64,000 bases of DNA from Macrostomum lignano (taxonomy: Eukaryota): the NCBI GenBank assembly GCA_002269645.1, contig NIVC01000633.1, forward strand, positions 1-64,000, read 5' to 3'. The notes beneath the pieces are model-generated. The model saw only the letters and a list, made by a program, of their open reading frames with translations, was not told the origin of the DNA and made no database searches. Position numbers and translations under genes: made by a program. Position 1 is the first letter of the stretch; each line of letters begins with the position of its first letter. This document shows, one piece after another, positions 36,701 to 51,700 of this stretch.

Positions 36701-39700
36701 TGAATGCTGAAGACTCAAGATAGTGAATGCTGAAGACTCAAGATAGTGAATGCTGAAGACTCAAGATAGTGAATGCTGAAGACTCAAGATAGTGAATGCT
36801 GAAGACTCAAGATAGTGAATGCTGAAGACTCAAGATAGTGAATGCTGAAGACTCAAGATAGTGAATGCTGAAGACTCAAGATAGTGAATGCTGAAGACTC
36901 AAGATAGTGAATGCTGAAGACTCAAGATAGTGAATGCTGAAGACTCAAGATAGTGAATGGTGAAGACTCAAGATAGTGAATGGTGAAGACTCAAGATAGT
37001 GAATGCTGAAGACTCAAGATAGTGAATGCTGAAGACTCAAGATAGTGAATGCTGAAGACTCAAGATAGTGAATGCTGAAGACTCAAGATAGTGAATGCTG
37101 AAGACTCAAGATAGTGAATGGTGAAGACTCAAGATAGTGAATGCTGAAGACTCAAGATAGTGAATGCTGAAGACTCAAGATAGTGAATGCTGAAGACTCA
37201 AGATAGTGAATGCTGAAGACTCAAGATAGTGAATGGTGAAGACTCAAGATAGTGAATGGTGAAGACTCAAGATAGTGAATGGTGAAGACTCAAGATAGTG
37301 AATGCTGAAGACTCAAGATAGTGAATGCTGAAGACTCAAGATAGTGAATGCTGAAGACTCAAGATAGTGAATGCTGAAGACTCAAGATAGTGAATGGAAG
37401 ACTCAAGATAGTGAATGGTGAAGACTCAAGATAGTGAATGCTGAAGACTCAAGATAGTGAATGCTGAAGACTCAAGATAGTGAATGCTGAAGACTCAAGA
37501 TAGTGAATGCTGAAGACTCAAGATAGTGAATGGTGAAGACTCAAGATAGTGAATGGAAGACTCAAGATAGTGAATGGTGAAGACTCAAGATAGTGAATGC
37601 TGAAGACTCAAGATAGTGAATGCTGAAGACTCAAGATAGTGAATGGTGAAGACTCAAGATAGTGAATGCTGAAGACTCAAGATAGTGAATGCTGAAGACT
37701 CAAGATAGTGAATGCTGAAGACTCAAGATAGTGAATGCTGAAGACTCAAGATAGTGAATGCTGAAGACTCAAGATAGTGAATGGTGAAGACTCAAGATAG
37801 TGAATGCTGAAGACTCAAGATAGTGAATGCTGAAGACTCAAGATAGTGAATGCTGAAGACTCAAGATAGTGAATGCTGAAGACTCAAGATAGTGAATGCT
37901 GAAGACTCAAGATAGTGAATGCTGAAGACTCAAGATAGTGAATGCTGAAGACTCAAGATAGTGAATGCTGAAGACTCAAGATAGTGAATGGTGAAGACTC
38001 AAGATAGTGAATGGTGAAGACTCAAGATAGTGAATGCTGAAGACTCAAGATAGTGAATGCTGAAGACTCAAGATAGTGAATGCTGAAGACTCAAGATAGT
38101 GAATGGAAGACTCAAGATAGTGAATGCTGAAGACTCAAGATAGTGAATGGTGAAGACTCAAGATAGTGAATGCTGAAGACTCAAGATAGTGAATGCTGAA
38201 GACTCAAGATAGTGAATGCTGAAGACTCAAGATAGTGAATGGTGAAGACTCAAGATAGTGAATGCTGAAGACTCAAGATAGTGAATGCTGAAGACTCAAG
38301 ATAGTGAATGCTGAAGACTCAAGATAGTGAATGCTGAAGACTCAAGATAGTGAATGCTGAAGACTCAAGATAGTGAATGCTGAAGACTCAAGATAGTGAA
38401 TGCTGAAGACTCAAGATAGTGAATGCTGAAGACTCAAGATAGTGAATGGTGAAGACTCAAGATAGTGAATGCTGAAGACTCAAGATAGTGAATGCTGAAG
38501 ACTCAAGATAGTGAATGCTGAAGACTCAAGATAGTGAATGGTGAAGACTCAAGATAGTGAATGCTGAAGACTCAAGATAGTGAATGGTGAAGACTCAAGA
38601 TAGTGAATGCTGAAGACTCAAGATAGTGAATGCTGAAGACTCAAGATAGTGAATGCTGAAGACTCAAGATAGTGAATGCTGAAGACTCAAGATAGTGAAT
38701 GGTGAAGACTCAAGATAGTGAATGCTGAAGACTCAAGATAGTGAATGCTGAAGACTCAAGATAGTGAATGCTGAAGACTCAAGATAGTGAATGCTGAAGA
38801 CTCAAGATAGTGAATGGTGAAGACTCAAGATAGTGAATGCTGAAGACTCAAGATAGTGAATGGTGAAGACTCAAGATAGTGAATGGTGAAGACTCAAGAT
38901 AGTGAATGCTGAAGACTCAAGATAGTGAATGCTGAAGACTCAAGATAGTGAATGCTGAAGACTCAAGATAGTGAATGCTGAAGACTCAAGATAGTGAATG
39001 GTGAAGACTCAAGATAGTGAATGGTGAAGACTCAAGATAGTGAATGCTGAAGACTCAAGATAGTGAATGCTGAAGACTCAAGATAGTGAATGGTGAAGAC
39101 TCAAGATAGTGAATGCTGAAGACTCAAGATAGTGAATGCTGAAGACTCAAGATAGTGAATGCTGAAGACTCAAGATAGTGAATGGTGAAGACTCAAGATA
39201 GTGAATGCTGAAGACTCAAGATAGTGAATGCTGAAGACTCAAGATAGTGAATGGTGAAGACTCAAGATAGTGAATGGTGAAGACTCAAGATAGTGAATGC
39301 TGAAGACTCAAGATAGTGAATGCTGAAGACTCAAGATAGTGAATGCTGAAGACTCAAGATAGTGAATGCTGAAGACTCAAGATAGTGAATGGTGAAGACT
39401 CAAGATAGTGAATGCTGAAGACTCAAGATAGTGAATGCTGAAGACTCAAGATAGTGAATGGTGAAGACTCAAGATAGTGAATGCTGAAGACTCAAGATAG
39501 TGAATGCTGAAGACTCAAGATAGTGAATGCTGAAGACTCAAGATAGTGAATGGTGAAGACTCAAGATAGTGAATGCTGAAGACTCAAGATAGTGAATGGT
39601 GAAGACTCAAGATAGTGAATGCTGAAGACTCAAGATAGTGAATGCTGAAGACTCAAGATAGTGAATGCTGAAGACTCAAGATAGTGAATGGAAGACTCAA

Positions 39701-42700
39701 GATAGTGAATGCTGAAGACTCAAGATAGTGAATGCTGAAGACTCAAGATAGTGAATGCTGAAGACTCAAGATAGTGAATGCTGAAGACTCAAGATAGTGA
39801 ATGCTGAAGACTCAAGATAGTGAATGCTGAAGACTCAAGATAGTGAATGCTGAAGACTCAAGATAGTGAATGCTGAAGACTCAAGATAGTGAATGCTGAA
39901 GACTCAAGATAGTGAATGCTGAAGACTCAAGATAGTGAATGCTGAAGACTCAAGATAGTGAATGCTGAAGACTCAAGATAGTGAATGCTGAAGACTCAAG
40001 ATAGTGAATGCTGAAGACTCAAGATAGTGAATGCTGAAGACTCAAGATAGTGAATGGTGAAGACTCAAGATAGTGAATGCTGAAGACTCAAGATAGTGAA
40101 TGCTGAAGACTCAAGATAGTGAATGGAAGACTCAAGATAGTGAATGCTGAAGACTCAAGATAGTGAATGCTGAAGACTCAAGATAGTGAATGCTGAAGAC
40201 TCAAGATAGTGAATGCTGAAGACTCAAGATAGTGAATGCTGAAGACTCAAGATAGTGAATGCTGAAGACTCAAGATAGTGAATGCTGAAGACTCAAGATA
40301 GTGAATGCTGAAGACTCAAGATAGTGAATGCTGAAGACTCAAGATAGTGAATGCTGAAGACTCAAGATAGTGAATGCTGAAGACTCAAGATAGTGAATGC
40401 TGAAGACTCAAGATAGTGAATGGTGAAGACTCAAGATAGTGAATGCTGAAGACTCAAGATAGTGAATGCTGAAGACTCAAGATAGTGAATGCTGAAGACT
40501 CAAGATAGTGAATGCTGAAGACTCAAGATAGTGAATGCTGAAGACTCAAGATAGTGAATGCTGAAGACTCAAGATAGTGAATGCTGAAGACTCAAGATAG
40601 TGAATGCTGAAGACTCAAGATAGTGAATGCTGAAGACTCAAGATAGTGAATGCTGAAGACTCAAGATAGTGAATGCTGAAGACTCAAGATAGTGAATGCT
40701 GAAGACTCAAGATAGTGAATGCTGAAGACTCAAGATAGTGAATGCTGAAGACTCAAGATAGTGAATGCTGAAGACTCAAGATAGTGAATGCTGAAGACTC
40801 AAGATAGTGAATGCTGAAGACTCAAGATAGTGAATGCTGAAGACTCAAGATAGTGAATGGTGAAGACTCAAGATAGTGAATGCTGAAGACTCAAGATAGT
40901 GAATGCTGAAGACTCAAGATAGTGAATGCTGAAGACTCAAGATAGTGAATGCTGAAGACTCAAGATAGTGAATGCTGAAGACTCAAGATAGTGAATGCTG
41001 AAGACTCAAGATAGTGAATGCTGAAGACTCAAGATAGTGAATGCTGAAGACTCAAGATAGTGAATGCTGAAGACTCAAGATAGTGAATGCTGAAGACTCA
41101 AGATAGTGAATGCTGAAGACTCAAGATAGTGAATGCTGAAGACTCAAGATAGTGAATGCTGAAGACTCAAGATAGTGAATGCTGAAGACTCAAGATAGTG
41201 AATGCTGAAGACTCAAGATAGTGAATGCTGAAGACTCAAGATAGTGAATGCTGAAGACTCAAGATAGTGAATGCTGAAGACTCAAGATAGTGAATGCTGA
41301 AGACTCAAGATAGTGAATGCTGAAGACTCAAGATAGTGAATGCTGAAGACTCAAGATAGTGAATGGTGAAGACTCAAGATAGTGAATGCTGAAGACTCAA
41401 GATAGTGAATGCTGAAGACTCAAGATAGTGAATGCTGAAGACTCAAGATAGTGAATGCTGAAGACTCAAGATAGTGAATGCTGAAGACTCAAGATAGTGA
41501 ATGCTGAAGACTCAAGATAGTGAATGCTGAAGACTCAAGATAGTGAATGCTGAAGACTCAAGATAGTGAATGCTGAAGACTCAAGATAGTGAATGCTGAA
41601 GACTCAAGATAGTGAATGCTGAAGACTCAAGATAGTGAATGCTGAAGACTCAAGATAGTGAATGCTGAAGACTCAAGATAGTGAATGCTGAAGACTCAAG
41701 ATAGTGAATGCTGAAGACTCAAGATAGTGAATGCTGAAGACTCAAGATAGTGAATGCTGAAGACTCAAGATAGTGAATGCTGAAGACTCAAGATAGTGAA
41801 TGCTGAAGACTCAAGATAGTGAATGCTGAAGACTCAAGATAGTGAATGCTGAAGACTCAAGATAGTGAATGCTGAAGACTCAAGATAGTGAATGCTGAAG
41901 ACTCAAGATAGTGAATGCTGAAGACTCAAGATAGTGAATGCTGAAGACTCAAGATAGTGAATGCTGAAGACTCAAGATAGTGAATGCTGAAGACTCAAGA
42001 TAGTGAATGCTGAAGACTCAAGATAGTGAATGCTGAAGACTCAAGATAGTGAATGCTGAAGACTCAAGATAGTGAATGCTGAAGACTCAAGATAGTGAAT
42101 GCTGAAGACTCAAGATAGTGAATGCTGAAGACTCAAGATAGTGAATGCTGAAGACTCAAGATAGTGAATGCTGAAGACTCAAGATAGTGAATGCTGAAGA
42201 CTCAAGATAGTGAATGCTGAAGACTCAAGATAGTGAATGCTGAAGACTCAAGATAGTGAATGCTGAAGACTCAAGATAGTGAATGCTGAAGACTCAAGAT
42301 AGTGAATGCTGAAGACTCAAGATAGTGAATGCTGAAGACTCAAGATAGTGAATGCTGAAGACTCAAGATAGTGAATGCTGAAGACTCAAGATAGTGAATG
42401 CTGAAGACTCAAGATAGTGAATGCTGAAGACTCAAGATAGTGAATGCTGAAGACTCAAGATAGTGAATGCTGAAGACTCAAGATAGTGAATGCTGAAGAC
42501 TCAAGATAGTGAATGCTGAAGACTCAAGATAGTGAATGCTGAAGACTCAAGATAGTGAATGCTGAAGACTCAAGATAGTGAATGCTGAAGACTCAAGATA
42601 GTGAATGCTGAAGACTCAAGATAGTGAATGCTGAAGACTCAAGATAGTGAATGCTGAAGACTCAAGATAGTGAATGCTGAAGACTCAAGATAGTGAATGG

Positions 42701-45700
42701 AAGACTCAAGATAGTGAATGCTGAAGACTCAAGATAGTGAATGCTGAAGACTCAAGATAGTGAATGCTGAAGACTCAAGATAGTGAATGCTGAAGACTCA
42801 AGATAGTGAATGCTGAAGACTCAAGATAGTGAATGCTGAAGACTCAAGATAGTGAATGCTGAAGACTCAAGATAGTGAATGCTGAAGACTCAAGATAGTG
42901 AATGCTGAAGACTCAAGATAGTGAATGCTGAAGACTCAAGATAGTGAATGCTGAAGACTCAAGATAGTGAATGCTGAAGACTCAAGATAGTGAATGCTGA
43001 AGACTCAAGATAGTGAATGCTGAAGACTCAAGATAGTGAATGCTGAAGACTCAAGATAGTGAATGCTGAAGACTCAAGATAGTGAATGCTGAAGACTCAA
43101 GATAGTGAATGCTGAAGACTCAAGATAGTGAATGCTGAAGACTCAAGATAGTGAATGCTGAAGACTCAAGATAGTGAATGCTGAAGACTCAAGATAGTGA
43201 ATGCTGAAGACTCAAGATAGTGAATGCTGAAGACTCAAGATAGTGAATGCTGAAGACTCAAGATAGTGAATGCTGAAGACTCAAGATAGTGAATGCTGAA
43301 GACTCAAGATAGTGAATGCTGAAGACTCAAGATAGTGAATGCTGAAGACTCAAGATAGTGAATGCTGAAGACTCAAGATAGTGAATGCTGAAGACTCAAG
43401 ATAGTGAATGGTGAAGACTCAAGATAGTGAATGGTGAAGACTCAAGATAGTGAATGCTGAAGACTCAAGATAGTGAATGCTGAAGACTCAAGATAGTGAA
43501 TGCTGAAGACTCAAGATAGTGAATGCTGAAGACTCAAGATAGTGAATGGAAGACTCAAGATAGTGAATGCTGAAGACTCAAGATAGTGAATGCTGAAGAC
43601 TCAAGATAGTGAATGCTGAAGACTCAAGATAGTGAATGCTGAAGACTCAAGATAGTGAATGCTGAAGACTCAAGATAGTGAATGCTGAAGACTCAAGATA
43701 GTGAATGCTGAAGACTCAAGATAGTGAATGCTGAAGACTCAAGATAGTGAATGCTGAAGACTCAAGATAGTGAATGCTGAAGACTCAAGATAGTGAATGC
43801 TGAAGACTCAAGATAGTGAATGCTGAAGACTCAAGATAGTGAATGCTGAAGACTCAAGATAGTGAATGCTGAAGACTCAAGATAGTGAATGCTGAAGACT
43901 CAAGATAGTGAATGGTGAAGACTCAAGATAGTGAATGCTGAAGACTCAAGATAGTGAATGCTGAAGACTCAAGATAGTGAATGCTGAAGACTCAAGATAG
44001 TGAATGCTGAAGACTCAAGATAGTGAATGCTGAAGACTCAAGATAGTGAATGCTGAAGACTCAAGATAGTGAATGCTGAAGACTCAAGATAGTGAATGCT
44101 GAAGACTCAAGATAGTGAATGCTGAAGACTCAAGATAGTGAATGCTGAAGACTCAAGATAGTGAATGGTGAAGACTCAAGATAGTGAATGCTGAAGACTC
44201 AAGATAGTGAATGCTGAAGACTCAAGATAGTGAATGCTGAAGACTCAAGATAGTGAATGCTGAAGACTCAAGATAGTGAATGCTGAAGACTCAAGATAGT
44301 GAATGGTGAAGACTCAAGATAGTGAATGCTGAAGACTCAAGATAGTGAATGCTGAAGACTCAAGATAGTGAATGCTGAAGACTCAAGATAGTGAATGCTG
44401 AAGACTCAAGATAGTGAATGCTGAAGACTCAAGATAGTGAATGCTGAAGACTCAAGATAGTGAATGCTGAAGACTCAAGATAGTGAATGCTGAAGACTCA
44501 AGATAGTGAATGCTGAAGACTCAAGATAGTGAATGCTGAAGACTCAAGATAGTGAATGCTGAAGACTCAAGATAGTGAATGCTGAAGACTCAAGATAGTG
44601 AATGCTGAAGACTCAAGATAGTGAATGCTGAAGACTCAAGATAGTGAATGCTGAAGACTCAAGATAGTGAATGCTGAAGACTCAAGATAGTGAATGCTGA
44701 AGACTCAAGATAGTGAATGCTGAAGACTCAAGATAGTGAATGCTGAAGACTCAAGATAGTGAATGCTGAAGACTCAAGATAGTGAATGGAAGACTCAAGA
44801 TAGTGAATGCTGAAGACTCAAGATAGTGAATGCTGAAGACTCAAGATAGTGAATGCTGAAGACTCAAGATAGTGAATGCTGAAGACTCAAGATAGTGAAT
44901 GCTGAAGACTCAAGATAGTGAATGCTGAAGACTCAAGATAGTGAATGCTGAAGACTCAAGATAGTGAATGCTGAAGACTCAAGATAGTGAATGCTGAAGA
45001 CTCAAGATAGTGAATGCTGAAGACTCAAGATAGTGAATGCTGAAGACTCAAGATAGTGAATGCTGAAGACTCAAGATAGTGAATGCTGAAGACTCAAGAT
45101 AGTGAATGCTGAAGACTCAAGATAGTGAATGCTGAAGACTCAAGATAGTGAATGCTGAAGACTCAAGATAGTGAATGCTGAAGACTCAAGATAGTGAATG
45201 CTGAAGACTCAAGATAGTGAATGCTGAAGACTCAAGATAGTGAATGCTGAAGACTCAAGATAGTGAATGCTGAAGACTCAAGATAGTGAATGCTGAAGAC
45301 TCAAGATAGTGAATGCTGAAGACTCAAGATAGTGAATGCTGAAGACTCAAGATAGTGAATGCTGAAGACTCAAGATAGTGAATGCTGAAGACTCAAGATA
45401 GTGAATGCTGAAGACTCAAGATAGTGAATGCTGAAGACTCAAGATAGTGAATGCTGAAGACTCAAGATAGTGAATGCTGAAGACTCAAGATAGTGAATGG
45501 TGAAGACTCAAGATAGTGAATGCTGAAGACTCAAGATAGTGAATGCTGAAGACTCAAGATAGTGAATGCTGAAGACTCAAGATAGTGAATGCTGAAGACT
45601 CAAGATAGTGAATGCTGAAGACTCAAGATAGTGAATGCTGAAGACTCAAGATAGTGAATGCTGAAGACTCAAGATAGTGAATGCTGAAGACTCAAGATAG

Positions 45701-48700
45701 TGAATGGTGAAGACTCAAGATAGTGAATGCTGAAGACTCAAGATAGTGAATGCTGAAGACTCAAGATAGTGAATGCTGAAGACTCAAGATAGTGAATGCT
45801 GAAGACTCAAGATAGTGAATGCTGAAGACTCAAGATAGTGAATGCTGAAGACTCAAGATAGTGAATGCTGAAGACTCAAGATAGTGAATGCTGAAGACTC
45901 AAGATAGTGAATGGTGAAGACTCAAGATAGTGAATGCTGAAGACTCAAGATAGTGAATGCTGAAGACTCAAGATAGTGAATGCTGAAGACTCAAGATAGT
46001 GAATGCTGAAGACTCAAGATAGTGAATGCTGAAGACTCAAGATAGTGAATGCTGAAGACTCAAGATAGTGAATGCTGAAGACTCAAGATAGTGAATGCTG
46101 AAGACTCAAGATAGTGAATGCTGAAGACTCAAGATAGTGAATGCTGAAGACTCAAGATAGTGAATGCTGAAGACTCAAGATAGTGAATGCTGAAGACTCA
46201 AGATAGTGAATGCTGAAGACTCAAGATAGTGAATGCTGAAGACTCAAGATAGTGAATGCTGAAGACTCAAGATAGTGAATGCTGAAGACTCAAGATAGTG
46301 AATGCTGAAGACTCAAGATAGTGAATGCTGAAGACTCAAGATAGTGAATGCTGAAGACTCAAGATAGTGAATGCTGAAGACTCAAGATAGTGAATGCTGA
46401 AGACTCAAGATAGTGAATGCTGAAGACTCAAGATAGTGAATGGTGAAGACTCAAGATAGTGAATGCTGAAGACTCAAGATAGTGAATGCTGAAGACTCAA
46501 GATAGTGAATGCTGAAGACTCAAGATAGTGAATGCTGAAGACTCAAGATAGTGAATGCTGAAGACTCAAGATAGTGAATGCTGAAGACTCAAGATAGTGA
46601 ATGCTGAAGACTCAAGATAGTGAATGCTGAAGACTCAAGATAGTGAATGCTGAAGACTCAAGATAGTGAATGCTGAAGACTCAAGATAGTGAATGCTGAA
46701 GACTCAAGATAGTGAATGCTGAAGACTCAAGATAGTGAATGCTGAAGACTCAAGATAGTGAATGCTGAAGACTCAAGATAGTGAATGCTGAAGACTCAAG
46801 ATAGTGAATGCTGAAGACTCAAGATAGTGAATGCTGAAGACTCAAGATAGTGAATGCTGAAGACTCAAGATAGTGAATGCTGAAGACTCAAGATAGTGAA
46901 TGGTGAAGACTCAAGATAGTGAATGCTGAAGACTCAAGATAGTGAATGCTGAAGACTCAAGATAGTGAATGCTGAAGACTCAAGATAGTGAATGCTGAAG
47001 ACTCAAGATAGTGAATGCTGAAGACTCAAGATAGTGAATGCTGAAGACTCAAGATAGTGAATGCTGAAGACTCAAGATAGTGAATGCTGAAGACTCAAGA
47101 TAGTGAATGCTGAAGACTCAAGATAGTGAATGGTGAAGACTCAAGATAGTGAATGCTGAAGACTCAAGATAGTGAATGCTGAAGACTCAAGATAGTGAAT
47201 GCTGAAGACTCAAGATAGTGAATGCTGAAGACTCAAGATAGTGAATGCTGAAGACTCAAGATAGTGAATGCTGAAGACTCAAGATAGTGAATGCTGAAGA
47301 CTCAAGATAGTGAATGCTGAAGACTCAAGATAGTGAATGCTGAAGACTCAAGATAGTGAATGCTGAAGACTCAAGATAGTGAATGCTGAAGACTCAAGAT
47401 AGTGAATGCTGAAGACTCAAGATAGTGAATGCTGAAGACTCAAGATAGTGAATGCTGAAGACTCAAGATAGTGAATGCTGAAGACTCAAGATAGTGAATG
47501 CTGAAGACTCAAGATAGTGAATGCTGAAGACTCAAGATAGTGAATGCTGAAGACTCAAGATAGTGAATGCTGAAGACTCAAGATAGTGAATGGTGAAGAC
47601 TCAAGATAGTGAATGCTGAAGACTCAAGATAGTGAATGCTGAAGACTCAAGATAGTGAATGCTGAAGACTCAAGATAGTGAATGCTGAAGACTCAAGATA
47701 GTGAATGCTGAAGACTCAAGATAGTGAATGCTGAAGACTCAAGATAGTGAATGCTGAAGACTCAAGATAGTGAATGCTGAAGACTCAAGATAGTGAATGC
47801 TGAAGACTCAAGATAGTGAATGCTGAAGACTCAAGATAGTGAATGCTGAAGACTCAAGATAGTGAATGCTGAAGACTCAAGATAGTGAATGCTGAAGACT
47901 CAAGATAGTGAATGCTGAAGACTCAAGATAGTGAATGCTGAAGACTCAAGATAGTGAATGCTGAAGACTCAAGATAGTGAATGCTGAAGACTCAAGATAG
48001 TGAATGCTGAAGACTCAAGATAGTGAATGGTGAAGACTCAAGATAGTGAATGGTGAAGACTCAAGATAGTGAATGCTGAAGACTCAAGATAGTGAATGCT
48101 GAAGACTCAAGATAGTGAATGCTGAAGACTCAAGATAGTGAATGCTGAAGACTCAAGATAGTGAATGCTGAAGACTCAAGATAGTGAATGCTGAAGACTC
48201 AAGATAGTGAATGCTGAAGACTCAAGATAGTGAATGCTGAAGACTCAAGATAGTGAATGCTGAAGACTCAAGATAGTGAATGCTGAAGACTCAAGATAGT
48301 GAATGCTGAAGACTCAAGATAGTGAATGGTGAAGACTCAAGATAGTGAATGCTGAAGACTCAAGATAGTGAATGCTGAAGACTCAAGATAGTGAATGCTG
48401 AAGACTCAAGATAGTGAATGCTGAAGACTCAAGATAGTGAATGCTGAAGACTCAAGATAGTGAATGGTGAAGACTCAAGATAGTGAATGCTGAAGACTCA
48501 AGATAGTGAATGCTGAAGACTCAAGATAGTGAATGCTGAAGACTCAAGATAGTGAATGCTGAAGACTCAAGATAGTGAATGCTGAAGACTCAAGATAGTG
48601 AATGCTGAAGACTCAAGATAGTGAATGGTGAAGACTCAAGATAGTGAATGCTGAAGACTCAAGATAGTGAATGCTGAAGACTCAAGATAGTGAATGCTGA

Positions 48701-51700
48701 AGACTCAAGATAGTGAATGCTGAAGACTCAAGATAGTGAATGGTGAAGACTCAAGATAGTGAATGGTGAAGACTCAAGATAGTGAATGCTGAAGACTCAA
48801 GATAGTGAATGCTGAAGACTCAAGATAGTGAATGCTGAAGACTCAAGATAGTGAATGGTGAAGACTCAAGATAGTGAATGCTGAAGACTCAAGATAGTGA
48901 ATGCTGAAGACTCAAGATAGTGAATGCTGAAGACTCAAGATAGTGAATGCTGAAGACTCAAGATAGTGAATGGTGAAGACTCAAGATAGTGAATGCTGAA
49001 GACTCAAGATAGTGAATGCTGAAGACTCAAGATAGTGAATGGTGAAGACTCAAGATAGTGAATGCTGAAGACTCAAGATAGTGAATGCTGAAGACTCAAG
49101 ATAGTGAATGCTGAAGACTCAAGATAGTGAATGGTGAAGACTCAAGATAGTGAATGCTGAAGACTCAAGATAGTGAATGCTGAAGACTCAAGATAGTGAA
49201 TGCTGAAGACTCAAGATAGTGAATGCTGAAGACTCAAGATAGTGAATGCTGAAGACTCAAGATAGTGAATGCTGAAGACTCAAGATAGTGAATGCTGAAG
49301 ACTCAAGATAGTGAATGCTGAAGACTCAAGATAGTGAATGCTGAAGACTCAAGATAGTGAATGCTGAAGACTCAAGATAGTGAATGCTGAAGACTCAAGA
49401 TAGTGAATGCTGAAGACTCAAGATAGTGAATGGTGAAGACTCAAGATAGTGAATGCTGAAGACTCAAGATAGTGAATGCTGAAGACTCAAGATAGTGAAT
49501 GCTGAAGACTCAAGATAGTGAATGCTGAAGACTCAAGATAGTGAATGCTGAAGACTCAAGATAGTGAATGCTGAAGACTCAAGATAGTGAATGCTGAAGA
49601 CTCAAGATAGTGAATGCTGAAGACTCAAGATAGTGAATGCTGAAGACTCAAGATAGTGAATGCTGAAGACTCAAGATAGTGAATGCTGAAGACTCAAGAT
49701 AGTGAATGCTGAAGACTCAAGATAGTGAATGCTGAAGACTCAAGATAGTGAATGCTGAAGACTCAAGATAGTGAATGCTGAAGACTCAAGATAGTGAATG
49801 CTGAAGACTCAAGATAGTGAATGCTGAAGACTCAAGATAGTGAATGCTGAAGACTCAAGATAGTGAATGGTGAAGACTCAAGATAGTGAATGCTGAAGAC
49901 TCAAGATAGTGAATGCTGAAGACTCAAGATAGTGAATGCTGAAGACTCAAGATAGTGAATGCTGAAGACTCAAGATAGTGAATGCTGAAGACTCAAGATA
50001 GTGAATGCTGAAGACTCAAGATAGTGAATGGTGAAGACTCAAGATAGTGAATGCTGAAGACTCAAGATAGTGAATGCTGAAGACTCAAGATAGTGAATGC
50101 TGAAGACTCAAGATAGTGAATGGTGAAGACTCAAGATAGTGAATGGTGAAGACTCAAGATAGTGAATGGTGAAGACTCAAGATAGTGAATGGTGAAGACT
50201 CAAGATAGTGAATGCTGAAGACTCAAGATAGTGAATGCTGAAGACTCAAGATAGTGAATGCTGAAGACTCAAGATAGTGAATGCTGAAGACTCAAGATAG
50301 TGAATGCTGAAGACTCAAGATAGTGAATGGTGAAGACTCAAGATAGTGAATGGTGAAGACTCAAGATAGTGAATGCTGAAGACTCAAGATAGTGAATGCT
50401 GAAGACTCAAGATAGTGAATGCTGAAGACTCAAGATAGTGAATGCTGAAGACTCAAGATAGTGAATGCTGAAGACTCAAGATAGTGAATGCTGAAGACTC
50501 AAGATAGTGAATGCTGAAGACTCAAGATAGTGAATGCTGAAGACTCAAGATAGTGAATGCTGAAGACTCAAGATAGTGAATGGTGAAGACTCAAGATAGT
50601 GAATGCTGAAGACTCAAGATAGTGAATGCTGAAGACTCAAGATAGTGAATGCTGAAGACTCAAGATAGTGAATGCTGAAGACTCAAGATAGTGAATGGTG
50701 AAGACTCAAGATAGTGAATGCTGAAGACTCAAGATAGTGAATGCTGAAGACTCAAGATAGTGAATGCTGAAGACTCAAGATAGTGAATGCTGAAGACTCA
50801 AGATAGTGAATGCTGAAGACTCAAGATAGTGAATGCTGAAGACTCAAGATAGTGAATGCTGAAGACTCAAGATAGTGAATGCTGAAGACTCAAGATAGTG
50901 AATGCTGAAGACTCAAGATAGTGAATGCTGAAGACTCAAGATAGTGAATGGTGAAGACTCAAGATAGTGAATGCTGAAGACTCAAGATAGTGAATGCTGA
51001 AGACTCAAGATAGTGAATGCTGAAGACTCAAGATAGTGAATGGTGAAGACTCAAGATAGTGAATGCTGAAGACTCAAGATAGTGAATGCTGAAGACTCAA
51101 GATAGTGAATGCTGAAGACTCAAGATAGTGAATGCTGAAGACTCAAGATAGTGAATGGTGAAGACTCAAGATAGTGAATGGTGAAGACTCAAGATAGTGA
51201 ATGCTGAAGACTCAAGATAGTGAATGGTGAAGACTCAAGATAGTGAATGCTGAAGACTCAAGATAGTGAATGCTGAAGACTCAAGATAGTGAATGCTGAA
51301 GACTCAAGATAGTGAATGGTGAAGACTCAAGATAGTGAATGCTGAAGACTCAAGATAGTGAATGCTGAAGACTCAAGATAGTGAATGCTGAAGACTCAAG
51401 ATAGTGAATGGTGAAGACTCAAGATAGTGAATGCTGAAGACTCAAGATAGTGAATGCTGAAGACTCAAGATAGTGAATGCTGAAGACTCAAGATAGTGAA
51501 TGCTGAAGACTCAAGATAGTGAATGCTGAAGACTCAAGATAGTGAATGGTGAAGACTCAAGATAGTGAATGGTGAAGACTCAAGATAGTGAATGGTGAAG
51601 ACTCAAGATAGTGAATGCTGAAGACTCAAGATAGTGAATGGTGAAGACTCAAGATAGTGAATGGTGAAGACTCAAGATAGTGAATGGTGAAGACTCAAGA

